A stretch of 64,000 nucleotides of DNA. Origin: Candidatus Versatilivorator sp. Its GTDB lineage: Bacteria; Acidobacteriota; Terriglobia; Versatilivoradales; Versatilivoraceae. The notes beneath the pieces are model-generated. The model was not told the DNA's origin. It did not search any database and saw nothing but the letters and a program-made list of their open reading frames with translations. The stretch lies in assembly GCA_965198125.1 (NCBI GenBank), contig CBDAOQ010000003.1, positions 4,149,659-4,213,658 of the forward strand, in the 5' to 3' direction. A program made the translations under genes and the position numbers. Position 1 is the stretch's first letter. Every line of letters starts with the position of its first letter. This document shows positions 55,075 through 63,271 of the stretch, in pieces.

Positions 55075-57606
55075 TTACAGGGGTTTTTTGTTCAGGCGAG
55101 CTTTATACATGGACACGCCCAGCCGTCTCGTATCATTTCCCGTCCCGATGGAACTCGGAGAGACAGCGTCAGGCAAGTCAAAGTCAATGGCGATACCCTC
55201 AGAGTCGAACAGTTCCTTCGGGATGGTTGCTTGGAACGTCTGCATCTTTCTCCGGGTGGCCGTCCACTCTCCAACCTTGTTTCCGTTGGCAAGTACATGG
55301 ACGGTCTGTTTGCGCACCCTCTCCTCCCGGAGGTATGGAACAAACGTCGCTTCGAGCAAGAGATCGTTTCCAGGTTCCGGAGCTGGCAAATGGAGACTGG
55401 CGCGGCGCCCGGTGGTCCAGCACCTATTCCTCTGCTTGGTCCTGCTCCATCCCTTTCCCATGAAGGCATCGGCGTTACCATTGCTTCCGAACCGAATATC
55501 CGTCCCGAACCGGTAGACCGGTAACAGGTGCAAGCTGACGGAGCTCATCAATATCGCCAATTTTCTCTTGTCGCCTCCTGTTCCTATCAAATACGGCAAA
55601 GACGCATTGGGCAGATCGAATCGTATTTCCACCTCTGGAGAGTGGATCAGTCTGTTTGGCACAACGGTTCGGAACTGATGCGCCCTCCGTTGGCGGGCAG
55701 ACCAGAGGTCGATCTCGGTGCCGTTGACAAGAACATGAATATTTTGTTCAGGGACCTGCGCCCTGATATAAGGAATGAGTTTGGCCTTCAAGGCAAGATC
55801 GGTTTCCGGTATGGCCACGGTCAACTTCAAGCTTGCACTCTCGCCGTGGTTCCACCAGCCTTTACTCATCGGCGAGCTCCAGCCGAATCCAACGTAATCG
55901 TCTGCATTTCCCATCAGCCCGAAAACGATCTCGGTTCCGTATTCGTACAAAGGGCGCCGTGTCTGAATAGCAACAGGTTCGTCGGCTAGGCATGACGTCG
56001 GGTCAAAAATGCTTCCTCTGATCAAATACTTGGTCAGTCTCTGCTCCCCGCGTGAGGCACTGTATTTAACGAACGGACGAGTGCGTACCTCACTCGACTT
56101 GATTTCAAAAATAGGTCGACCGGGAAACCGGCCCTCCGCACCGGCCGCTCTCATGATGGTCGCAGCGATATCCAGAACAGAGGTGTGAGCACTCGAAACC
56201 TTCAGAGGTCCGGAGCTTCCGGGAAGCTTCACGGTAAGCAGGGCAACCATCCTGGAAACGCAGGTATCGACCGTTTTGCCGTCAACCAAAGGTGGTATCT
56301 GGCTGCCATGGTCCCCCTGCAGAACGATCAAAGAGCTGTCATAAAGGTTCAACTCTTTGAGTCGTTCCAACAGTTTCAGAAATAGTTTCAGGATTGCTCG
56401 TGCTTCATTTCGGTAATTCTCTCTGGTGTTTGGAAGAACACGTCCCGCATAACTTCCGTCGGACCGGGTGACATAAGGGGGGTGGGGTGGCCATAAATGA
56501 AGGAAGTGATAGGCTGGCTGGGAATCGCCCACAAAAATATGCTGCAGGTAATCGCTAAAGAATGCCTTTTCCCGTAAGGAAGAGACATGGCCAGATCCGG
56601 CCACCAACGGTGTAATGAACCAATTGTTGTCATTGTAGATTCGATGTCGAATCCAATGGGGAAATTGCCGGAACAGCGCCACGTCCATCAGGCGGGCGGC
56701 GTTGAGGTGAACCACATCCTCCGGAGAATCCTGGTAGACACGCTGGCGATCATAGTAGTTCGTGTACTTGCTTTCCCTCATGGATTCACAAGGAACCAGG
56801 TTTACCTTGTACCCTTGATCGTACAGGCGGTTCTGAAAACCTGCCTGGATCGACTCCCGGTAGTATTTTCCGGGAAGTTGATTCCCAACGTAAATCTGCC
56901 CGGAGAAGATCGCCGGAATCGAAAAAGAAGTGTTTGGAGCTACTCCTATGTTCTCTGCGAACAACACAAAACCCTGCAGGTCATCTTCGAGTTGCTGCTC
57001 GACCACCAGTTCCCGGAAGATGTCGGTTTGAAAACTGTCCAAGACAATATGAACGATGTTCCTTGTAGAGGAATAGCTAAGCAAGCCGCTTGGAACCTGG
57101 TGCTCGTAAGGGTGGCTCTTTGACCAGAGTCCTTCAGAGGCGGCGCTTGGAGCCAACAGCAGAATCGATTGGAGGCCGATCAGTATCCAACTGGTGCTCG
57201 AGGTGATTCTAGTCAGGTAGCGTGAAAAACCCAGACCGGCCGCCAGGACAAGGATCCACATCGTTGCATCCATCCAACCGCGCAGCCCAAACCGTGACCA
57301 ATCGATTCCCCTGCCATCGAAAACTCCATAGGCTCCCACCAGAAAATTCCCTTGAATCCAGAGCAATATTCCAAGGCAAAAGATTGCGCACGCAAGTCCC
57401 TTTACGGCTCGGCTCGGAACCATGTATCCAATCAGGAGGAACGTAGCCGTGAGCAACAGACCGGACAGACCATATAGCGGGAGCAGGCTCGAATACCCTA
57501 CTTCAAACTCGTCCAGATTCGCCCGGTATACCGAAAAAGTCCCGAAAACGAATAGATTGGCAGAAACCAAAAGAGATGGAGGAAACAGGTGTTTCAGCCT
57601 GTGCAT
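55075..57606 (-). CDS. membrane-anchored sulfatase/LTA-synthase-like (alkaline phosphatase superfamily) protein with duplicated C-terminal domain
   Basis: About 5 N-terminal TM helices, IVHIVLDSFQTD and LHLWPPHPPY, GDHG motifs. Two ~145-aa C-terminal repeats follow (YEYGTEIVFGLMGNADDY.. and YRFGTDIRFGSNGNADAF..). Confidence 0.8.
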   Translation of the reverse strand: MHRLKHLFPPSLLVSANLFVFGTFSVYRANLDEFEVGYSSLLPLYGLSGLLLTATFLLIGYMVPSRAVKGLACAIFCLGILLWIQGNFLVGAYGVFDGRGIDWSRFGLRGWMDATMWILVLAAGLGFSRYLTRITSSTSWILIGLQSILLLAPSAASEGLWSKSHPYEHQVPSGLLSYSSTRNIVHIVLDSFQTDIFRELVVEQQLEDDLQGFVLFAENIGVAPNTSFSIPAIFSGQIYVGNQLPGKYYRESIQAGFQNRLYDQGYKVNLVPCESMRESKYTNYYDRQRVYQDSPEDVVHLNAARLMDVALFRQFPHWIRHRIYNDNNWFITPLVAGSGHVSSLREKAFFSDYLQHIFVGDSQPAYHFLHLWPPHPPYVTRSDGSYAGRVLPNTRENYRNEARAILKLFLKLLERLKELNLYDSSLIVLQGDHGSQIPPLVDGKTVDTCVSRMVALLTVKLPGSSGPLKVSSAHTSVLDIAATIMRAAGAEGRFPGRPIFEIKSSEVRTRPFVKYSASRGEQRLTKYLIRGSIFDPTSCLADEPVAIQTRRPLYEYGTEIVFGLMGNADDYVGFGWSSPMSKGWWNHGESASLKLTVAIPETDLALKAKLIPYIRAQVPEQNIHVLVNGTEIDLWSARQRRAHQFRTVVPNRLIHSPEVEIRFDLPNASLPYLIGTGGDKRKLAILMSSVSLHLLPVYRFGTDIRFGSNGNADAFMGKGWSRTKQRNRCWTTGRRASLHLPAPEPGNDLLLEATFVPYLREERVRKQTVHVLANGNKVGEWTATRRKMQTFQATIPKELFDSEGIAIDFDLPDAVSPSSIGTGNDTRRLGVSMYKARLNKKPL

Positions 57607-57955
57607 TAGCCGCAGTTCGTTACTGGGTCAGTGGATAGTTGCAGCATCGACTCAATGGTTGACGAATTTTCAGTCAGAGTCAATCGCACGTTCCCGGGAC
57701 ATTCCCCAAAAGACCGTCCTAAATCAACTCAAGTTATTGAAGGCAGTGGAGTAAGTAGACTCGACAAGTGGAAGGGGTCGAATTTTCGAAAAATGGGGGA
57801 AGTCCAGCCGTCTTGCCAGTTGCGAGCTTCCCCCCAAGCGAGTATTCTCTAAGCCTGTGATTGCCGAAAGCCGTTGGATTCTCCGCGGAGCCATGGGGTC
57901 GGGCCTCAAGCCGCGAGCGCAAGCATCGATTTCAATTGAATCCAAGGAAACGCCC

Positions 57956-59308
57956 ATGACCCATCAGAGCCGTCGCAACTTTCTGCGCCAGTCTATTGGA
58001 ATCACCGGAGTCGGCGCCTCCGGCTACCTCACGTCCGCTCGGTCCCTCGAGGCGGGGCCGGCGGCGCCTGCCGAAGTCCTGGGCGCCAACGACCGGATTC
58101 TGGTCGGCCTCATCGGTTGCGGAGGAAGAGGCCGCAGGATCCTGGAGCACTCTCTGGAAGTGGACAAGGTGCGCTGCGTGGCCCTTTGCGACGTGGACGA
58201 CGAACAAACCGGGAAAGCGCTGCGTTCCGTTGAGACCGCCGCCGGCCCCGCGCCCTTGCAGACCCGAGACTTCCGGAGGGTCCTGGACTTGAAGGAGTTG
58301 GATGCCGTCATAGTGGCCACTCCCGATCACTGGCATGCCCTCCAGACGGTCATGGCCTGTCAGGCAGGAAAGGACATTTACGTCGAGAAACCGCTCTCAT
58401 TGAATATTCAAGAGGGTCGAATCATGGTCAGAGCCGCTCGCCTCTACCAGCGAGTGGTCCAGGTGGGGACCCAGCAGCGCAGCGCCCCCCAATTCTCCCA
58501 GGCCGTGGAGTACGTGAAATCCGGCCAGCTTGGGAGAATTCGTTTGGCCCGGGCCTGGGCCTATCTGGATTGGAAGGCGGCCACGCCCAAGGCGCCCGAC
58601 GGCCCCCCTCCTGACCGGGTGGACTACGACCTGTGGCTGGGTCCGGCCAGGCGGAGGCCCTTCAATCCGAACCGATTCCATTTCACCTTCCGCTGGTACT
58701 GGGACTACTCGGGGGGCTTGATGACCGACTGGGGGGCCCACATGATCGACATCGCCAACTGGGGGATGGACGTCAAGGCGCCAGCTTCGGCCTTTTCCGC
58801 CGGAGGAAAGTTCGCCTATCCCGACGACGCCATGGAAACGCCCGATACCCAGCAGGTGACCTGGACCTTTCCCCATTTCAGCATGATCTGGGAACACGCC
58901 CTGGGTGTGGGCCGCGGACCGGAGGCGCGGGAGCACGGGGTTGCCTTTCACGGAGAAAACGGGGTTCTGGTGGTGGATCGCTTCGGCTGGGAGGTGTTTC
59001 CCGAAACCCAGAGAATCGGCAGGCAGCGCACCTACAAGGCTCCGGGACTGCCTCGGCGCCGGGTCGGGCGGGATTACGCTCCCGACCATGTGCAGAATTT
59101 CCTGGACTGCGTGCGCTCCCGCGAAACTCCCGTGGCAGACGTTGAAATCGGTCACAACTCGGTCATCGCCTGCCATCTGGGCAATATTGCCCAGCGTCTG
59201 GGCCGTCAAGTCCGGTGGGACGTGGACAAGGAACAGGTGATCGATGATCCCCAAGCGGAAGCCATGACCGCCATGAACTACCGGCCTCCCTGGAAGCTGG
59301 AGCTGTAG
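57956..59308 (+). CDS. Gfo/Idh/MocA-family oxidoreductase with Tat signal
   Basis: Start set to ATG 57956. SRRNFLRQSIGITGVGA twin-arginine signal and VGLIGCGGRG Rossmann motif. Confidence 0.88.
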   Translation: MTHQSRRNFLRQSIGITGVGASGYLTSARSLEAGPAAPAEVLGANDRILVGLIGCGGRGRRILEHSLEVDKVRCVALCDVDDEQTGKALRSVETAAGPAPLQTRDFRRVLDLKELDAVIVATPDHWHALQTVMACQAGKDIYVEKPLSLNIQEGRIMVRAARLYQRVVQVGTQQRSAPQFSQAVEYVKSGQLGRIRLARAWAYLDWKAATPKAPDGPPPDRVDYDLWLGPARRRPFNPNRFHFTFRWYWDYSGGLMTDWGAHMIDIANWGMDVKAPASAFSAGGKFAYPDDAMETPDTQQVTWTFPHFSMIWEHALGVGRGPEAREHGVAFHGENGVLVVDRFGWEVFPETQRIGRQRTYKAPGLPRRRVGRDYAPDHVQNFLDCVRSRETPVADVEIGHNSVIACHLGNIAQRLGRQVRWDVDKEQVIDDPQAEAMTAMNYRPPWKLEL

Positions 59309-59495
59309 TCCCCCCGATGACGTCCGCGAAGGGGCACGAAGGACACTGAGGCTATCCACGAAGTGCACGATGTCACACCAAGGTCAAGAAATTATTGTAG
59401 ATTTTGGATTTGAGGCGACATCAGTGGTCATAATTCCCCAATCAACGATCAGAAATCTACAATCTTCAATTTAAACCACTACCCTGGGGGGTCCC

Positions 59496-59933
59496 ATGGC
59501 TGACGGAGACAGTGGCTTCAAGGTTGACGATCGCCGCAAGTTTACCGAGGACGGCCAGTTGCGAGACTCGGTGGAGGAAGCTTTTGCCGGGGCCGGCAGC
59601 CCTTCCGGCGCCGACCAGGGCCGGGAGAAGGTTGCCGAGAGCACCTCGCCCCCGGTCGTCGGCCAGGACAGCCAGGATTTCAAAATGGACTTCCGGACCG
59701 TGGTTCTGTCCCTGGCCACAACGGCCCTGCTCCAGATGGGACTGGCTCCCAATCCGGAAAACGGTAAAGTCGAAAAGGACCTCCCGGCGGCACGGCAAAC
59801 TATCGAAATCCTGGACGTCTTGAAGGAAAAGACCCAGGGAAATCTGCACCCCGAAGAGACCCGGCTGTTGGATCAATGTCTGCACGACCTCAAGATGAGC
59901 TTTGTCCAAAACTCCCGCAGAGTCACCTTGTGA
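59496..59933 (+). CDS. DUF1844 domain-containing protein
   Basis: FKVDDRRKF opening and FRTVVLSLATTALLQMGL..DLPAARQTIEILDVLKEKTQGNL core. Confidence 0.8.
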   Translation: MADGDSGFKVDDRRKFTEDGQLRDSVEEAFAGAGSPSGADQGREKVAESTSPPVVGQDSQDFKMDFRTVVLSLATTALLQMGLAPNPENGKVEKDLPAARQTIEILDVLKEKTQGNLHPEETRLLDQCLHDLKMSFVQNSRRVTL

Positions 59934-60021
59934 TCCGCCGCCAAGATCGGCGAGCCACGGCCTCCCATCTCCGACGATTCGACTTCGCTCTCCATAGACT
60001 TTCCCGTCAGGCCGCCTGAGC

Positions 60022-61521
60022 ATGGCCGATAACACCGACAGCAGCATCCACCAACGTTTTTCCACGCGATGGGGCCTCCTGGTCAGCCTCCTGGGGGTAG
60101 CCGTCGGTACCGGCAACATCTGGAGATTTCCCCGAATTGCCGCTCAAAACGGCGGCGAGCACGGGTCGGGTGCATTTCTGGTCAGTTGGGTGCTGATACT
60201 GTTTCTGTGGAGTATCCCCTTGATCGTGGCCGAGTACGCCATCGGCCGCCGGAGCCGAAAGGGCCCGGTTGAGGCTCTGGCCGCAATCGGGGGCAGAAAC
60301 TTGATCTGGACGGGCGGTTTTGTCGCCTGTGTCTCCGCGGCCATTACTTTCTACTATGCCGTGGTGGTGGGGTGGTGTCTCTACTATCTGGTGCAGATGC
60401 TCACCGCGCCGCTGCCGCTGTCCACCGAAGCCGCCCTCTCAACCTGGAACCGTTTCCAGGCCTCTGCCTGGCCTTCTTTTTTCCACGCCCTCGCCCTGGT
60501 GCTGTGCGCCCTGGCGATCTGGCGGGGGATCCGCTCCATCGAACGCCTCAACCGCTGGATGATTCCCACCCTGCTGGCGATCATCCTGATCTCGCTGTTT
60601 CGTGCCCTGACCCTCCCCGGCTCCTGGGCGGGGATTGCCTACCTGTTCACTCCCGACTGGGAACAGTTGCTTCAACCCGGAATATGGCTGGAAGCCCTCA
60701 GTCAGAATGCCTGGGACACCGGCGCCGGGTGGGGACTGTTGCTGACTTATGCCGCCTATATGCAGAGGCGGCAGCCCATCGTCAAGAATGCCCTGTTGAC
60801 CGGTATCGGGAACAACCTGGTCTCTTTGCTGGCGGCTTTGATCGTGTTTGGGACGGTCTTTTCGATCCTGCAGACGGAGATGACCCTGTCCCGCCAGGAG
60901 ACTCTCGAGATCCTGCGCTCCAGCGGCCCCGCCTCTACCGGTCTGACTTTGATTTGGATGCCGCAACTGTTCGCCCGCATGTCACTGGGGATCCCCCTCT
61001 CCATCCTGTTTTTCCTGGGACTCTCGCTGGCCGGCTTCAGCTCGCTCATGGCCATGCTGGAATTGCAGGCCCGCGTGCTGGTGGATGCGGGATTGACCCG
61101 ATCCAAGGCGGTTCTGCTGGTTGGAGTCGTCAGTTATCTGCTCGGCATTCCCTCTGCGCTCAGCCTTTCCTTTTTCGCAAACCAGGACTTCGTCTGGGGT
61201 GTGGCCTTGATGATCTCGGGGGCACTGGTCGCCTTTGCCGTGACGCGATACGGTTGTGCGCGATTGCGAGGGGAGGAGCTGTCGGCTGATTCCGGCGACT
61301 GGTCCCCGGGGCGCTGGTGGGATGCCTCCATGAAGTACGTGGTCCCGGTAGGCGCATCCCTGTTGCTGATGTGGTGGCTGACCCTCTCGGCCACGGTGTA
61401 CGCCCCGGATCAATGGTACAATCCCCTGCTGCCCTACAGCGTAATGACCTGCCTGGTGCAGTGGGGGGCCGTATTGACAGTGCTGTGGCTCCTCAACCGT
61501 CGCCTTTCCAGGCGCAGGTAA
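60022..61521 (+). CDS. sodium-dependent transporter, SNF (neurotransmitter:sodium symporter) family
   Basis: VGTGNIWRFPRIAAQNGG signature; about 11-12 TM helices. Confidence 0.9.
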   Translation: MADNTDSSIHQRFSTRWGLLVSLLGVAVGTGNIWRFPRIAAQNGGEHGSGAFLVSWVLILFLWSIPLIVAEYAIGRRSRKGPVEALAAIGGRNLIWTGGFVACVSAAITFYYAVVVGWCLYYLVQMLTAPLPLSTEAALSTWNRFQASAWPSFFHALALVLCALAIWRGIRSIERLNRWMIPTLLAIILISLFRALTLPGSWAGIAYLFTPDWEQLLQPGIWLEALSQNAWDTGAGWGLLLTYAAYMQRRQPIVKNALLTGIGNNLVSLLAALIVFGTVFSILQTEMTLSRQETLEILRSSGPASTGLTLIWMPQLFARMSLGIPLSILFFLGLSLAGFSSLMAMLELQARVLVDAGLTRSKAVLLVGVVSYLLGIPSALSLSFFANQDFVWGVALMISGALVAFAVTRYGCARLRGEELSADSGDWSPGRWWDASMKYVVPVGASLLLMWWLTLSATVYAPDQWYNPLLPYSVMTCLVQWGAVLTVLWLLNRRLSRRR

Positions 61522-61522
61522 G

Positions 61523-61565
61523 TCCGCCCCAGGCCGTTCCGGGCGGATCATACGAGAGTGAAACA
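61523..61565 (+). repeat. family D hairpin-tail module directly after the transporter stop codon
   Basis: CCGCCC (61524-61529) pairs with GGGCGG (61541-61546), followed by ATCATACGAGAGTGAAACA. Confidence 0.8.
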
Positions 61566-61629
61566 ACGAATCTTCATGGCCTGTCGGGAACAAGGGCCAA
61601 GTCGTGCTAAACCGGTTTTCTACTTATTG

Positions 61630-61837
61630 AACATGGATACACAGGATAGACAGGATAAACAGCACGAGAGGCTGCGCCACAGGAAGCAGACCCGCTCGAT
61701 GATCGGGTGGGTGTTGGAAGTAATCCAAGAGCCCGGGAGCGGGTTTTGGGAAATCCGTGTTGGAACAGAGGCGATGGTTGAACTCATGACGGTGGAAACT
61801 CTCGCCAAATAATCCTGTGCATCCTGTGCATCCATGT
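61630..61837. mobile_element. family A MITE-like element (208 bp), longest interior
   Basis: Termini are AACATGGATACACAGGATAGACAGGAT (61630-61656) and ATCCTGTGCATCCTGTGCATCCATGT (61812-61837), matching 23/26 as inverted repeats. Confidence 0.85.
61633..61812 (+). pseudogene. 59-codon N-terminal fragment of a GxxExxY (PDDEXK_3)-type ORF
   Basis: MDTQDRQDKQHERLRHRKQTRSMIGWVLEVIQEPGSGFWEIRVGTEAMVELMTVETLAK. The stretch IGxxxEVxxExGxGxxE lines up with IIGAAIEVHxxLGPGLLESxY. The nuclease core is absent. Confidence 0.55.
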
Positions 61838-61937
61838 CAATTAGCCGTCTAACTATGCTTGACTTTGAACGGGTTTCCCGCCACGCGGCACAAGGCGTTG
61901 TTTCAAATAAGCCCTGAATCCGAGCTGGTGCCGAGCC

Positions 61938-62888
61938 ATGAAACGAATCCGCGTCATTGACTCCCATACCGGCGGCGAACCGACACGGGTGGTGGTCGAG
62001 GGGGGTCCCGACCTCGGAACCGGCCCCATCGCCGAAAGACTGATTCGTTTTCGCGACCGATACGATGGTTTTCGCTCGGCGGTCGTCAACGAGCCGCGCG
62101 GCTCCGATACTCTGGTGGGGGCGCTTCTGTGTAAGCCCTGCGAGGCGGATTGCGCTGCCGGGGTGATTTTCTTCAATAATGTCGGCTATCTGCGGATGTG
62201 CGGTCACGGCGCCATCGGGGTTGTCTCCACGCTCGCCCATCTTGGCCGCATCAAGCCCGGCCGGCATCGCCTGGAAACCCCCGCGGGACCCATTGCAGCC
62301 AGGTTGGAAGCATCGGGTGCAGTGACCATTCAAAACGTGGCCAGCTATCGATGGGCCAAGGGAATCCCATTGAAACTGGAGGGTTACGGTCGCTTGACAG
62401 GGGATGTGGCCTGGGGAGGCAACTGGTTTTTCCTGAGCGAAGACCACGGCCTTCACCTGTCCTTGGAGAACATCGACCGCTTGCTCGACGCTACCTGGAA
62501 GATCAGGAGAGAACTCCGGGAGCAAGGCATCAGGGGCAGGGACGGTCAAGAGATCGATCACATCGCATTGTTCGCTCCTCCGCAACGGACCGATGCGGAT
62601 GCCAAAAACTTTGTCCTGTGCCCCGGGGGCTCCTACGACCGCTCACCCTGCGGGACCGGCACCTCTGCAAAAGTCGCTTGCCTGGTCGCCGCCGGCCGTT
62701 TCGGTGAGGGCCGGACCTGGCGGCAGGAAAGCATCCTCGGCAGCCTGTTCGAGGCCACGGTCCGTGTCGATGGAGGTCGCATTGTGCCTTCCATCAAGGG
62801 GTCGGCTTTTGTCACCGCGGAGGCAACCCTGCTGCTCGACCCGCGAGATCCGATGAGGATGGGACTCGATCCAGCCGCCAGTCCCTGA
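61938..62888 (+). CDS. proline racemase / 4-hydroxyproline 2-epimerase family protein
   Basis: VIDSHTGGEPTRVV opening. Both catalytic Cys contexts are present (RMCGHGAIG and DRSPCGTGTSAK). Confidence 0.88.
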   Translation: MKRIRVIDSHTGGEPTRVVVEGGPDLGTGPIAERLIRFRDRYDGFRSAVVNEPRGSDTLVGALLCKPCEADCAAGVIFFNNVGYLRMCGHGAIGVVSTLAHLGRIKPGRHRLETPAGPIAARLEASGAVTIQNVASYRWAKGIPLKLEGYGRLTGDVAWGGNWFFLSEDHGLHLSLENIDRLLDATWKIRRELREQGIRGRDGQEIDHIALFAPPQRTDADAKNFVLCPGGSYDRSPCGTGTSAKVACLVAAGRFGEGRTWRQESILGSLFEATVRVDGGRIVPSIKGSAFVTAEATLLLDPRDPMRMGLDPAASP

Positions 62889-62937
62889 ACTTTGGCCCCA
62901 TTGCTTCTACCGGCCCCCAGACTGCTCTATTCTTTTT

Positions 62938-62966
62938 TTGGTTCCCAGCCCGAGAAAACCTATAAT
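62938..62966 (+). promoter_or_regulatory. sigma70-like promoter TTGGTT-17-TATAAT
   Basis: -35 at 62938-62943, a 17-nt spacer, and -10 TATAAT at 62961-62966, preceded by a T-tract. It lies about 300 nt upstream of the symporter ATG. Confidence 0.4.
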
Positions 62967-63008
62967 GCCGCAGCGGTGGCTGGTTCATGACTCCCCGGAG
63001 CCGGCTCC

Positions 63009-63107
63009 GCCTGCATTTCTCACCGGGGGCGCGCCCCGTACAGTCTGTGCCCGCAATCCTTTACAATCGGGCCGTTAAGGTGCTGAAGACAAACTGTTTT
63101 CGTGACC
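63009..63107. repeat. family C deletion derivative (one terminus + right-hand arm, no central hairpin)
   Basis: GCCTGCATTTCTCACCGG at 63009-63026. The following GTCTGTGCCCGCAATCC..GGGCCGTTAAGGTGCTGAAGACAAACTGTTTTCG aligns at about 75-80% with 29991-30050. Confidence 0.7.
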
Positions 63108-63271
63108 TATGCAGTGACCCGTCGAGCAACGCGGGTCAGACCCCGGCGACCCGGTGGGAAACGCGCACCAGGCCCGAGAGAGACAGGAATCCCGAGGATT
63201 GACGACAGACAGGAGGCTTGGACGCCGCTTTCGACCGATCGCCTCCATTTCCGTCCTCCAGACGTGACGAC

